From UHGV virus genome UHGV-1550212: DNA of 64,000 bases; one strand, 5' to 3'. The stretch comes from a virus. Below the pieces are notes generated by a model that saw only the letters and a list, made by a program, of their open reading frames with translations, did not search any database and had not been told where the DNA came from. How positions within the stretch are numbered: position 1 is the stretch's first letter; each line of letters opens with the position of its first letter. A program made the translations under genes and the position numbers. Positions 37,791-47,705 of the stretch are shown here, in pieces.

Positions 37791-39220
37791 TACATTGAAT
37801 CTTCATACACATTGATACGACCAAGCTTTGGCGACTTTTCTTGGTCAGGCTCATACACAGGATTTGCAAGTGCTTTCTGTGATAAGCTGTCATCATATTT
37901 TGCTACTGCAGACCCTTTGAGCAATTGCTTTGCTCTTGAATATGCAAACTGTGGATTTGTCAATGCTGCAATTTCAACAGCATTCAAGCCATAGACATTG
38001 CCAACAGTCTTGCCAACAAGTATTCGACTTGCTTGCATATTAATTTCAGCCAACGCATTTGCTGCAGTTGACAATGCAAACTCTTTTGCATACTCAAGCG
38101 CTTCTTTAGCGGCTTTGTTGACTGCGTCTTTGAGTAGCTGTTTGACTGACTGGCCTTTCATTGTCGACACAACTTGCTGTGTAATCTTGCCATACTTGCT
38201 ATCTTTTGCAAGCTTGACAAATTGCTGGCCATATGTCTCTTTCTTTTTCTCAACTGTTTCTGATGTGTCAGTGTCACTAAGAATTTTTTGAGACTGCACT
38301 ACAAGACCCTTATGACTGTCTTTCATTGCTGCAAATGCAGACGAAATTGACAATGTGCCATATGACACTTTGATGTTGTTTGTCGCCATTGTAGGCTCAG
38401 CAGTGTTATCTATGTCTTGCACAAAGTTTGCACCAGAATCGGGCATAAATGCGCATTGACCAAAATTGAAGAGCACATACTGACCAGCGTTAATTACGAC
38501 TGCGATGTCATCTGGTCTTGCCATTTGAGTTGATGATGACACGCCTTCTATACGTGCTTGCTGAATTGCTTTGATGTCTTCACCGTAGTTTGCAACTTCT
38601 GTTCTCGTATCACCAAAACTGTGCTCTGACATACCAAGCATTTGCTCAACTTCATTGTCAAGTTTTAATGACTTGTCATCTGCAAGCTCTTCTTGGAATA
38701 TGCGAACTTCTGTTACATACACAAACATGTTGAAGCGTTGCAAGTTCAGTGGTAGCACATAGACCATGCGGTCGTAGTCATATAACACTTGCTTGAGCAG
38801 CGTGTTAATTGTCGCAAATCGCCAGTCAACGCTTTCTGTCACAGTAAGCCCAATGGTTTTGTCATTCAAAATGACTTCTTTCATTGTTCGCTTATACGCA
38901 TCAGCAAGCCCTTGAATGCCTGTAAAGCAATGAAACGCAGAGTCCTGAATTGCTTGCAGCATCTTTATGACAATTTCAAGCTGTGCATATCGCGTGTCAT
39001 CACCAATTCGCTTCAAATATGCCAATGCGCTGTTCTTAAACTTAGCATCTGCAAGTAAACCCATTTCAGAGTCAAAGTTAAAGAACACTCTAAATGTCAA
39101 ATACGTTGGGTCTTGATATGCATTGCACAACACACCATTTATGACCTCTGGGTCAAGTGACATGAATTGGTATACACCATTGAACATGTCTATGCGTGAA
39201 GTTGCGTGATTTGATGGCAT
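37790..39220 (-). CDS. Hypothetical protein (476 aa)
   Basis: ATG start. Confidence 0.6.
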   Translation of the reverse strand: MPSNHATSRIDMFNGVYQFMSLDPEVINGVLCNAYQDPTYLTFRVFFNFDSEMGLLADAKFKNSALAYLKRIGDDTRYAQLEIVIKMLQAIQDSAFHCFTGIQGLADAYKRTMKEVILNDKTIGLTVTESVDWRFATINTLLKQVLYDYDRMVYVLPLNLQRFNMFVYVTEVRIFQEELADDKSLKLDNEVEQMLGMSEHSFGDTRTEVANYGEDIKAIQQARIEGVSSSTQMARPDDIAVVINAGQYVLFNFGQCAFMPDSGANFVQDIDNTAEPTMATNNIKVSYGTLSISSAFAAMKDSHKGLVVQSQKILSDTDTSETVEKKKETYGQQFVKLAKDSKYGKITQQVVSTMKGQSVKQLLKDAVNKAAKEALEYAKEFALSTAANALAEINMQASRILVGKTVGNVYGLNAVEIAALTNPQFAYSRAKQLLKGSAVAKYDDSLSQKALANPVYEPDQEKSPKLGRINVYEDSM

Positions 39221-39282
39221 ATTGTGTGTAGTTTGCTTTCTTAATTTTTGGATATATACACATACTCAAACAGCACAAAAAA

Positions 39283-39310
39283 ACTTCGCATCAATAACTT
39301 GATGCGAAGT
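39283..39310 (-). terminator. Intrinsic terminator after 39328..40989
   Basis: ACTTCGCATCAA-TAAC-TTGATGCGAAGT, 12-bp stem; A6 on plus = U-tract on sense. Confidence 0.65.
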
Positions 39311-39327
39311 GTACTCAATACAATATG

Positions 39328-40989
39328 CTAACGACCGTAGCTGTATGCATTCGCCTTATCAGCATTTGCTTTGCGTGCATTGTTTCGTTGAGTTTGACTA
39401 CGAATTGCTTTCTTATTGCCAGACGCTTCAAGTGCAGTATTGTACTGCTTAACTGCTGCATTGAGCTCATTCACAAATTGCTGTGTATTGCATTGTTCAA
39501 GCAGCAGCATGTTAGATGTCAATTGAGCAGACTCAGTATTGTCATTGAGCTGCTCCAAATCACGACAATTGTAATATGTGGTGACGTCATCATCTGTAAT
39601 GCTGACACAAGTTGATGCAAATGCCACTGTAGGCTTAGCAATGTTGCATTCATATTCATAGTATTTGACGTCTTGATAGTCATATCCACCACTCAAGCGC
39701 TTAACTTTGACATTATTGCGAACTTTTTCTACTTTCTGAATGTTTGCTATCTGTGCAAGCTGTGCATACTTAGACGCATCAATGGTTGCAACTCCAAGCG
39801 ATTCAGATGCTTTAATGTCTTCAAGCAATTCATAAATTGCTGCAGCAATGTTTGACTTGATGCCTACATAATTTGCTGTTAGCTGCTGAGGCGTACGAGC
39901 TTGTTCAACAATCTTTACATTTTGACGAAGCTTAGCAAAGTTGTCAGTGCTTGTTAGCAATGCATTGTAGAGCAAAGTGTCATTTGCAGGCTCACCACCG
40001 TATTTGGCGCATAATGCATCATTAGGCTTGCCAAAAATGTCTTCAATGCGCTTTGCATAGATACCAGTTGGAATTCGTGCAACACTTCTGTTTGTCACAT
40101 AGATTTCATTACCAGCTTCATCACAAATTGCTAAATACTGGTTGTCTTCTGTGTACACTCTGTAAGTTTTGCCTTTGATGTTTTTGAGCTTGTATTTGCG
40201 ATTGCTATTGTCAAACCACACACTATCGCTTTTGATGACATTGCCATCGGTGTCATAGTTTGCAAACCACTGAAAAGTTTTAGAATTGAAACTCTTAGAC
40301 TGCACTGCATCGTTAGGTTCCCAAGTTGCATTTGGCAGCTGACGAGCATGCGTAGTCAATTCATATCGTCCATCGTCAGCATTCCATGTTTTTGTAATGA
40401 TATGCGCCTTTGTTTTGTCTGTCCATACAGTGCAAGTGCCATCAGATGTTCGCTCAGAATACATTTCACCAATAGGACTGATTTCCCAAAAGATGTCACC
40501 AGTTTTGCCAGCAGTCTGTACAAACTTGCGATTGTCTTCACCAGTGATTCTATCGATGCGACCAACAAGTTCATATTTGCTTACAGTGTATTCATAGCCA
40601 TTGTCGTCATATGCAATAGTGTGTTTGAGTCTGCACTGATATTTGCCATTGTCGGTATACAACTCCTGATAAACTTCACGGCCTTTGCTGTCATATGACC
40701 ACTTGCCTAACAGTTGACCAAGTGAATTGTATTCAAGCCAAGTGCCTGACTGCTTGCCATCATTGTCCCAAGTTCGAATCATAGCAAGTTGAGCGTTATC
40801 GAACCACTGTTCGTCTTTAATGACAACGCCTGCAGCATTCGTAGTAGTTCTACTACGCAAGCATTTGTCTACAAGACTTCCGTCTTTAAGTGTTTGCCAA
40901 TGCGTCGTCGTGACTTTTTGTGCGTCTGCGTTTACATGCATAAGCACACTTGCCGCTAATACAAGCAGCAACATTTTTAGTGTTTTCAT
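39328..40989 (-). CDS. Secreted protein with cleavable signal peptide and MORN/YwqK-like repeats (553 aa)
   Basis: MKTLKMLLLVLAASVLMHVNA-DAQ; ...GTWLEYNSLGQLLGKWSYDSKGREVYQELYTDNGKY. Confidence 0.65.
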   Translation of the reverse strand: MKTLKMLLLVLAASVLMHVNADAQKVTTTHWQTLKDGSLVDKCLRSRTTTNAAGVVIKDEQWFDNAQLAMIRTWDNDGKQSGTWLEYNSLGQLLGKWSYDSKGREVYQELYTDNGKYQCRLKHTIAYDDNGYEYTVSKYELVGRIDRITGEDNRKFVQTAGKTGDIFWEISPIGEMYSERTSDGTCTVWTDKTKAHIITKTWNADDGRYELTTHARQLPNATWEPNDAVQSKSFNSKTFQWFANYDTDGNVIKSDSVWFDNSNRKYKLKNIKGKTYRVYTEDNQYLAICDEAGNEIYVTNRSVARIPTGIYAKRIEDIFGKPNDALCAKYGGEPANDTLLYNALLTSTDNFAKLRQNVKIVEQARTPQQLTANYVGIKSNIAAAIYELLEDIKASESLGVATIDASKYAQLAQIANIQKVEKVRNNVKVKRLSGGYDYQDVKYYEYECNIAKPTVAFASTCVSITDDDVTTYYNCRDLEQLNDNTESAQLTSNMLLLEQCNTQQFVNELNAAVKQYNTALEASGNKKAIRSQTQRNNARKANADKANAYSYGR

Positions 40990-41296
40990 TGTTTGTTGTT
41001 ATTTGAGATGGTTTTGGACAATTAGCAAAGAATGGATTGCATTTGTAGTTGTTCAGTCGCAAATCATCATACTGTGACTTGTCAATGTATTGCACTGTGA
41101 CTTTGTTAAACGCTAGTTTAACGCCAAATCGAGCAGCACATTGACCATACAACATATAACGATAATTGACGTTCTTACGAGATATGCTGCTGTCCTTATT
41201 AAAGGCTATTTTTCGTGTGCTTATGTATGCAAATGTAACATCGCCATCAAGACATGTAAACTTGCGTGCATACACATATACTCGAACAGTTTTCAT
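40886..41296 (-). CDS. Hypothetical protein (136 aa), overlaps 5' end of 39328..40989
   Basis: Internal ATG of ORF 40886..41398; overlap of ~100 nt makes this uncertain. Confidence 0.3.
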   Translation of the reverse strand: MKTVRVYVYARKFTCLDGDVTFAYISTRKIAFNKDSSISRKNVNYRYMLYGQCAARFGVKLAFNKVTVQYIDKSQYDDLRLNNYKCNPFFANCPKPSQITTNNENTKNVAACISGKCAYACKRRRTKSHDDALANT

Positions 41297-41300
41297 AGCA

Positions 41301-42566
41301 TTACCGATATTTGATGTGCCATGGCCGCATAAATGCACATACATTGATGCGGTTTGCATACACATATCGAAGCATTGCAACTGCATTGCTGACATCACTT
41401 ACTGCAGCAGGTTCATAATTTGCATGCCCGCCAATCTTGGCATTCAAAGCATCACGAGTAACTGGCGTAAGACTGCCATTTCTGAGTTCAGGCCATAATT
41501 GTGCTGCAAGTGATGCATTGTTTACAATGGCTTGCTTATGAAAGATTGCGTTTTCTCGTGCGTTCTTTTTGCAATTTGACTGCCACATGCCATATACGAA
41601 GTATGGCTGATGCATAACCACACAATTGCCAGATAACTGCAAAATTGCATGTACAAAGTCGATTGCAGTATCTGCGTCAAGACCCTTTGTTTTGCAGTCA
41701 TTGTAGTCAATATTGTACAGCTTCAGCCACTCTGCATCGAACAACTCATACGGGTCATTGATGTAAATGTGCTTGAACCACAGCAGCTCTGCATCAGAAG
41801 ACATCACTGCAATATCTACTTGTGCAATACGCTGCCAGTCATTGTCAAATATGCTGCTTGGGATGTTGTCATGCTTTGCGCCACTGTAGCATGTCATTGC
41901 TGCTGTACAATGCAGCATTGGCCAAACTTGAAGTCGCTTGCAACATTCAGCAAAGACATCTGCACATGCATTGACATCAGCAAGAGCATCATGAGCGGAT
42001 TCAAAGTCATGACCAAACAAGCCTCGATATGCATCTACAAGTTTTGCAGACCCATTGCTCAAATGCTTTGCAAAGCCTTTGTACAGAAACTTCGTGTCAA
42101 TGACGGGGTATTGAGTCATAAAGTTTGCAGTTTTGCAACGCTGACATTCATAATCAAGAATCGTCAAGTCATACGGCGCATTGTGTGCAATGAGATGTGT
42201 TACGCCAAAACGTTCCAAGTCAAGTCTGAACTGGTCAAGCACTTTTTGCATGGGCTCTCCATGTTCATACAACTGCTCCATAGTATGACCATGCACAGCA
42301 AGAGCTTCTGCTGGCATATCATCAAAACTGCTGTTGAATCTGCCAAGTGGCATTACAAGCATGTTGTTTCGATGCAGTTCTATAATGTTGCCCGCATAGT
42401 CAAGTCTGAAGATTTTGTATGCAAGCTGAACTACAAATGACATCTCTCGCAAGTCAATGACATCTTGCTTGTGATAATAGTCAACTGCTAAGCCTGTTGA
42501 CTCAGTATCTATGCATGCGCATATCAGCTCTGTGATATGCTCTTTACTTTTATTGATATGTTCCAT
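41301..42566 (-). CDS. DnaQ-like 3'-5' exonuclease (DEDDh) with C-terminal extension
   Basis: ACIDTESTGL (Exo I), IAHNAPYDL (Exo II), HDALADV (Exo III). Confidence 0.7.
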   Translation of the reverse strand: MEHINKSKEHITELICACIDTESTGLAVDYYHKQDVIDLREMSFVVQLAYKIFRLDYAGNIIELHRNNMLVMPLGRFNSSFDDMPAEALAVHGHTMEQLYEHGEPMQKVLDQFRLDLERFGVTHLIAHNAPYDLTILDYECQRCKTANFMTQYPVIDTKFLYKGFAKHLSNGSAKLVDAYRGLFGHDFESAHDALADVNACADVFAECCKRLQVWPMLHCTAAMTCYSGAKHDNIPSSIFDNDWQRIAQVDIAVMSSDAELLWFKHIYINDPYELFDAEWLKLYNIDYNDCKTKGLDADTAIDFVHAILQLSGNCVVMHQPYFVYGMWQSNCKKNARENAIFHKQAIVNNASLAAQLWPELRNGSLTPVTRDALNAKIGGHANYEPAAVSDVSNAVAMLRYVYANRINVCAFMRPWHIKYR

Positions 42567-42568
42567 GC

Positions 42569-43198
42569 TTATGAGATTTTTTCTGCAATCAAGCCAGATG
42601 TAAAATCAGGATGGAACTGCAGAGGCCCATTATCAATGACATTGATTTCAATATGGTTGCCATCGATGTCTATGACAGATGCTTTGTCAAAGCCTACAGG
42701 GCTATTGTAGATGTATGCAGTGCCTGATTTGTCAATGACAATGTCACCATGAACAAAGTACTCACGTTCAGTTACTGCAAAGCCTCCGCAAGTTGCAGCA
42801 TTGTTTGAATCTTGTTCGACATCGTAGTCAGCTTTCAATGCTTGTGCAAGTATAATGACATTTTTGTTGTACTTTCTGCGGCCAATAGGTGTGTCAATCA
42901 TATTGATGAGCGACACAATCTTATCTTGCGGCGACATGTTCATAGCAGCATATTGCAATGCAGACACATAATACAACAATGTTTCAGTGCCATCATTGTC
43001 AATGCGAATTTGACAAATATCGCCAATTGCGATGTCATCAATATTGATGCAGACAACATGTTTAACATTGAATGTTTCATTACGATGCATTGACTTGACT
43101 ACAATTTTCGTAATTACATTGTCATAATCTCTTTCGATATGTGCTACTGTACAAATGTACATATCGTCATGCTCTGTAAAGCGATATTGTTTACTCAT
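42569..43198 (-). CDS. Hypothetical protein (209 aa)
   Basis: Trimmed to ATG 43198. Confidence 0.5.
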   Translation of the reverse strand: MSKQYRFTEHDDMYICTVAHIERDYDNVITKIVVKSMHRNETFNVKHVVCINIDDIAIGDICQIRIDNDGTETLLYYVSALQYAAMNMSPQDKIVSLINMIDTPIGRRKYNKNVIILAQALKADYDVEQDSNNAATCGGFAVTEREYFVHGDIVIDKSGTAYIYNSPVGFDKASVIDIDGNHIEINVIDNGPLQFHPDFTSGLIAEKIS

Positions 43199-43412
43199 AT
43201 GTGTAAGTGTGAAGTTGTTCAAAAACGTCTTCAATCAAGTTTGTTTCAAATGCAAACTCATTTTTTGATATGCAAGTGACCATATAAATGCCATCAATGT
43301 TTACGATGCTGCAATCATGACCATCTGGACTAAATTTTCTGTCTTTGTACAGAATTTCAGCCATGATGAGTCGTTGATTAAGCATAAGTGGATTGCTATA
43401 GAATCGTTTCAT
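43191..43412 (-). CDS. Hypothetical protein (73 aa)
   Basis: ATG start. Confidence 0.4.
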   Translation of the reverse strand: MKRFYSNPLMLNQRLIMAEILYKDRKFSPDGHDCSIVNIDGIYMVTCISKNEFAFETNLIEDVFEQLHTYTYE

Positions 43413-43416
43413 ATCA

Positions 43417-43638
43417 TTAAGCTTCTTTGAAATTCAAGCAATTATTGAACCAGAGTTCTTCTGAAATCGTAAGCTCCAATTCAAAGCAGTTATTCTTGAT
43501 GAAGTCGGTCGGGTCATAATTGAAATACACATATTCACCTGAATAGTGAAAAGGCTGTTCCATAGCAATCAATGCGAACATTAAACGGTCAATGTCCTTT
43601 TTATTGCCGTATGCTACGTAAACTTTAATCTGTTTCAT
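43417..43638 (-). CDS. Hypothetical protein (73 aa)
   Basis: ATG start; AAACCTCTACAAC leader. Confidence 0.45.
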   Translation of the reverse strand: MKQIKVYVAYGNKKDIDRLMFALIAMEQPFHYSGEYVYFNYDPTDFIKNNCFELELTISEELWFNNCLNFKEA

Positions 43639-43668
43639 TGTTGTAGAGGTTTTATATTATATATTAAT

Positions 43669-43697
43669 ATATTACAACATTTGTTGTCAATTTGCAC
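43669..43697 (-). promoter_or_regulatory. Sigma70-like promoter (GTGCAA-N17-TAATAT)
   Basis: Direct reading. Confidence 0.4.
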
Positions 43698-43738
43698 AAT
43701 TGTTGTTAACAAAATGCATTACATTGACAAAAAAATAA

Positions 43739-43763
43739 AGGCTCAGTTTGTATAACTGAGCCT
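43739..43763 (-). terminator. Intrinsic terminator after thymidylate synthase gene
   Basis: AGGCTCAGTT-TGTAT-AACTGAGCCT; A-rich on plus. Confidence 0.6.
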
Positions 43764-43783
43764 CTTGAAATGACACGAACTTA

Positions 43784-44842
43784 TTACTGCTTCAAGCCTG
43801 TGAACAGTTCATACTTGAATGCAGGCCCTGCTGTGTAAGCCTCAAAGTAGAAGTCACCAATATTGATGCTTGCAATAGCGTCATCGACAGCTTTCTTGTA
43901 GCCTACACGTTCAATTGTCTGCTTATCGCATTTACGCCAATATGTGCTGTGCATCATAAGCGTGGGTGATGCAGCATAGTCTACTGCAAGCTGTTGTTTT
44001 GCAGTGTCAATGTGATGTTCATAGATGTGCACATCATTGCCAGTCCAAATGAACTCTCTTGCCACACAGTTAGTCAATGTTGCAACAATATGTGTAAGCA
44101 ATGCATATGATGCGATATTGATGGGCACACCAAGACACATGTCACAGCTACGCTGAGTAAGCGCACAGTCAAGCCACATGCTTGGTACTTGAGCAGAATC
44201 AAGGCATTCTGCAGAACCATCATGCACAAGCATGCTATCATTAGCAATCTGAATTCGTTCTTCAAGAGTCATTGGCTGACAATTGAACTGAAACAGCATA
44301 TGACATGGCGGCAATGCCATCTGAGACATTTGCGCAGGATTCCATGCAGACACGACTTTGTAGCGGCCAGTTGGATTGATGACAATGTCTTTAATGCAAG
44401 TTGCAAGTTGGTCAAATCCACTGTCATTGAAGTTGCGCCACTGATACCCATAGATAGGTCCGCAATCACCATACTCAGGTTTGCTGAATTTTGTGTTGTG
44501 CAGTTCTGTGCACCAAGTGTCAAAGTCGACATCTTCACCTGGATGCAGCTTTTGCCAATGACGATATGCATCCTGATGCCAGAACTTTGTAATGCCAAGC
44601 GTGTCAAGCGTTTTGACATTAGTGTCACCTGACATAAACCACAGAAGTTCTCCAATGACGCCTTTGACAAACATTCTCTTGGATGTCAACAGTGGAAAGC
44701 CTTTACGCAAATCAAATCGCATTGATTCTACAAACAATGACTTTGTGCGAGGCATGTTTTCACGAGCAGGTTCCTTAAATCTGCCATGCTCAATAACATT
44801 ATTAAGTACTCTCAAGTACTCAGTGTCGTGTTTGATATTCAT
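43784..44842 (-). CDS. thyA: Thymidylate synthase (ThyA family) with an internal insertion
   Basis: FPLLTSKRMFVKGVIGELLWFMSG, GPIYGYQWRNF, ALPPCHMLFQF, QRSCDMCLGVPINIASYALL; Asn at the pyrimidine-specificity position. Confidence 0.8.
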   Translation of the reverse strand: MNIKHDTEYLRVLNNVIEHGRFKEPARENMPRTKSLFVESMRFDLRKGFPLLTSKRMFVKGVIGELLWFMSGDTNVKTLDTLGITKFWHQDAYRHWQKLHPGEDVDFDTWCTELHNTKFSKPEYGDCGPIYGYQWRNFNDSGFDQLATCIKDIVINPTGRYKVVSAWNPAQMSQMALPPCHMLFQFNCQPMTLEERIQIANDSMLVHDGSAECLDSAQVPSMWLDCALTQRSCDMCLGVPINIASYALLTHIVATLTNCVAREFIWTGNDVHIYEHHIDTAKQQLAVDYAASPTLMMHSTYWRKCDKQTIERVGYKKAVDDAIASINIGDFYFEAYTAGPAFKYELFTGLKQ

Positions 44843-45464
44843 GAATGGGATGTTTATGAGTGTCTAATGATATGTCTGAGAATTCATATGCATACTTTGA
44901 TATTGCAACACCATTTGCGTCTTCAAATGCTTCTGTAAAGTTGCTGTCAATCCATCGTTTGACAGACTTAACTCCGCCTAAATGACATGCTGCAAGCAAT
45001 GATGCTTCGGTTATTATAAATGCGCTATCATTGTATGTCGCTTTACGCCCAATTGCGTCATAGCAATTGTAGTGCTGCAGCAATTCTTGTTGACGTTCAA
45101 GTAGCATATGCTGTGCCGCAATCTGCTTTGTAGAATCTTTGGCAATTTCTTGCAGTGACCAAGTCAATCCTTTGTATCGTACCAAGTCATCATGAGCAAT
45201 CTTTGTTAGCTGCCATCGCCCTGTTGCGCCAAATCGATTTGTGATATGCCAACGATTACGAGATTCAAGATAGCCCAGCTTGTCTAAGTATTCTGCAAAG
45301 CTGCAAGTTTCTGGTTCAGTGACGTCTAACAAGACGTGTACATTTGACAAATTTGCGACTGGCGCATATGTGACATGTTTTGTTGCAGTGCAATCACATA
45401 ATGTCGGCCATGCAATGATAAAAGCAACACCAATTTTGATGAGCGATTCACATAATCTTATCAT
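44820..45464 (-). CDS. SLT-domain lytic transglycosylase-like protein
   Basis: Trimmed to ATG 45464; ...YLESRNRWHITNRFGATGRWQL (E-S...GAxGxxQ pattern); hydrophobic N-terminus. Confidence 0.4.
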   Translation of the reverse strand: MIRLCESLIKIGVAFIIAWPTLCDCTATKHVTYAPVANLSNVHVLLDVTEPETCSFAEYLDKLGYLESRNRWHITNRFGATGRWQLTKIAHDDLVRYKGLTWSLQEIAKDSTKQIAAQHMLLERQQELLQHYNCYDAIGRKATYNDSAFIITEASLLAACHLGGVKSVKRWIDSNFTEAFEDANGVAISKYAYEFSDISLDTHKHPIHEYQTRH

Positions 45465-45529
45465 TTGTTTGAAATTAGTGAAGAGCACTTGCAGGCAGCT
45501 CAATCTCCTGACAGTACACTGTCATGCAA

Positions 45530-47407
45530 TCAAAAGCCTGCAAAGAAATCAGCATCAGCAGCATCTTGCTGAGGTGTCGACTCTTGTTCAATCACAAATC
45601 GACTGTGCAACTTTTGATTATGTTTTATGTATGGCATAATGCGCCGGATTGATTCGTCAATGACAAATGTTTCACACCAGTCATTTGCATGTCGAATGCC
45701 TCGACCAACTGACTGTACGAAGCTTTGATAGCACTTGTTGCGATACCAGCTTTCGTGATTTGCAGCCTTTGTTTTTACTACGATATCACCAAGTGACTGC
45801 CAAGGTAATTTTGCAACAATTTGACATCTACAACGATTGTCTGGTAAGTCAACGCCTTCAGTAATGCTAAAGCCTACAAGTACGTAGTTAGTGCCATCAG
45901 CAAGCATTGCAAGTTTATTTTGTTTGTCTTCAGCATTGACATATGTCAGCATTCTGCGTTTGTGCTTGCTGTTGTTGATGATATAGTTTGCAATGTCTCG
46001 TGTTGATGTGTGTATGATACAGTTGCAGTCATGTGTATCAAGAATGCTGTCAATCTTCTCAACAAGTCGAGGCATATTTGCTGCTTTATTCTTGTAGCTC
46101 AATGACAACGCAGGTTTGCACAGTACAATGGGCGATTTGCTAAAATCCCAATCAGGCTCCATGTAGAATGCTACATAGTTTTTGATGCCATTGAGCGTAG
46201 CAAATGTATCAATGTCACCAATTGTCGCTGACATCCACAATTGTGCATGCGTAGCATCACTATGATGCACCAGTGTATTTGCAAGAAGCTCATCATTGAC
46301 ACATTTGAATTGCAAGCTGTTTGTTGCAGCATCAAGTACTACAAGCATGTCACCAGGTGATTGTTCAGTTGCATCAAGCATTGTAATGATTGAATATGAC
46401 AACGTATCACAGCTGGCAACAAAGCGAATGAACGCTTTCTCAAATTGACCAAGCATTTTGCCTGAATCCTGAAGTTCACGTAGCTTTTCATATGCAGTAT
46501 GCAAAAAGTCTACAAGTTCTGACAACTGCTGTGCAAGCACTCTTGCTTCTGCTCGCATTGTTGCAATGTCATATTGTGTTGTTGCAAGCTTAATGACTGC
46601 TTTGACTTGTGCAAACACATTGTTGCGAAGTTCTACATATTTGTTCTGATTTTCAAGAGTCATGATACCTGCAATCAGTGACTCGGCCTTTGTGCAATTC
46701 TGAATGAATCGAGGACCAATTGACGTGTCAAGAAAGCCTGACAAAATGTCATCAATCTTATGGCACTCATCGAATATCGTCAATTCACGAGGCCCAAACA
46801 AGTTTTTGACGCAATTAACTTGTATCAACCAGTACGCATAGTTAAGCACTGTGCAATTTGCTGCGGCAGCCTTTTGACGAGTCTGCAAATATGCGCATTT
46901 AGGTCCACATGGCAATGCAAGAGCTTTCTTTGATGACAACCCGTCTTGTTGGCATTTGCCCATACTGAATGGCAGACCATTGACATGACAAATGTAATTG
47001 TCTCGACCTTTGAGCATTACACAACTTCTGAATGCTGAAGTAGTTGTGTCTGCTTTAGCATTGTTGTCGTACAAATATTGTTGAATGAACTTGTCATACT
47101 GGTCTTGCAGCAGTTTATCAGAAGTCAGCACATACGACTTGAAGAATGTTGCGCAAAACATCGCAACCACAGATTTTCCCGTTCCAGTCGCTCCCTGCAA
47201 TATGACATGTTGCCCATTTGCAATTGCTCGAATAATGTCGATGATTAGATGACGCTGAGTTGCATCAAAACGCGCTTGGTCCCACTTGCATGTCTTTGAT
47301 TGCGCAAGATATGCTGAGAATTTATCAATATGTGCTACAATAAGCTCATCAAGTTCTTGCTGAGATTGCTCTTCTGTCTTATGTTCTGCTGGTGTTAGTC
47401 TACCCAT
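45530..47407 (-). CDS. Superfamily-2 DEAH helicase with Fe-S cluster cysteines (DinG/XPD-like)
   Basis: ILQGATGTGKS (Walker A), IFDECHKIDD (DExH), Cys cluster ...SCVMLK..YICHV..KCQ...PCGPKC. Confidence 0.7.
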   Translation of the reverse strand: MGRLTPAEHKTEEQSQQELDELIVAHIDKFSAYLAQSKTCKWDQARFDATQRHLIIDIIRAIANGQHVILQGATGTGKSVVAMFCATFFKSYVLTSDKLLQDQYDKFIQQYLYDNNAKADTTTSAFRSCVMLKGRDNYICHVNGLPFSMGKCQQDGLSSKKALALPCGPKCAYLQTRQKAAAANCTVLNYAYWLIQVNCVKNLFGPRELTIFDECHKIDDILSGFLDTSIGPRFIQNCTKAESLIAGIMTLENQNKYVELRNNVFAQVKAVIKLATTQYDIATMRAEARVLAQQLSELVDFLHTAYEKLRELQDSGKMLGQFEKAFIRFVASCDTLSYSIITMLDATEQSPGDMLVVLDAATNSLQFKCVNDELLANTLVHHSDATHAQLWMSATIGDIDTFATLNGIKNYVAFYMEPDWDFSKSPIVLCKPALSLSYKNKAANMPRLVEKIDSILDTHDCNCIIHTSTRDIANYIINNSKHKRRMLTYVNAEDKQNKLAMLADGTNYVLVGFSITEGVDLPDNRCRCQIVAKLPWQSLGDIVVKTKAANHESWYRNKCYQSFVQSVGRGIRHANDWCETFVIDESIRRIMPYIKHNQKLHSRFVIEQESTPQQDAADADFFAGF

Positions 47408-47448
47408 TCTAAATGAGATTTAGATTATGTTCGAATATATGAGAACAT
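47408..47448 (-). promoter_or_regulatory. Leader element: inverted repeat TCTAAAT-GAG-ATTTAGA plus palindrome ATGTTCGAATATATGAGAACAT (copy 2)
   Basis: Immediately upstream of helicase ATG; near-identical to 54361..54402. Confidence 0.5.
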
Positions 47449-47465
47449 ATATTATTTGTAAAAAT

Positions 47466-47494
47466 ATAATACTACAATCAGCATACATTTGCAC
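47466..47494 (-). promoter_or_regulatory. Sigma70-like promoter (GTGCAA-N17-TATTAT)
   Basis: Direct reading. Confidence 0.4.
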
Positions 47495-47499
47495 TTTGA

Positions 47500-47529
47500 C
47501 ATAACTGATTGATACTCAATCAGTTATGA
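47500..47529. promoter_or_regulatory. 13-bp perfect inverted repeat CATAACTGATTGA-TACT-TCAATCAGTTATG upstream of helicase promoter
   Basis: Direct reading; two CTGTCAGCTGTC direct repeats follow at 47586 and 47625. Confidence 0.4.
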
Positions 47530-47649
47530 GTTTATAAAAGTTTTCAAAAGTAGGGTGTTGTTGTTTGAGTAGAGTGTTGCTGATTCTGTCAGCTGTCTTG
47601 TTTGCGTTATCGATTGCTTGCAAACTGTCAGCTGTCATAGAACATCACA

Positions 47650-47685
47650 AAAGCAAGCAGACTACAATTGCAGTCTGCTTGCTTT
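47650..47685 (-). terminator. Intrinsic terminator after 47706..48062
   Basis: AGCAAGCAGACT-loop-AGTCTGCTTGCT, 14-bp stem. Confidence 0.55.
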
Positions 47686-47705
47686 GACATAGTTGTAATG
47701 TGAGT

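Noticed and set aside
41649-42440. 263-aa plus-strand ORF
   Set aside because: Antisense to the DnaQ-like exonuclease gene, whose catalytic motifs are on the minus strand; Cys/Ile-rich junk-like composition.
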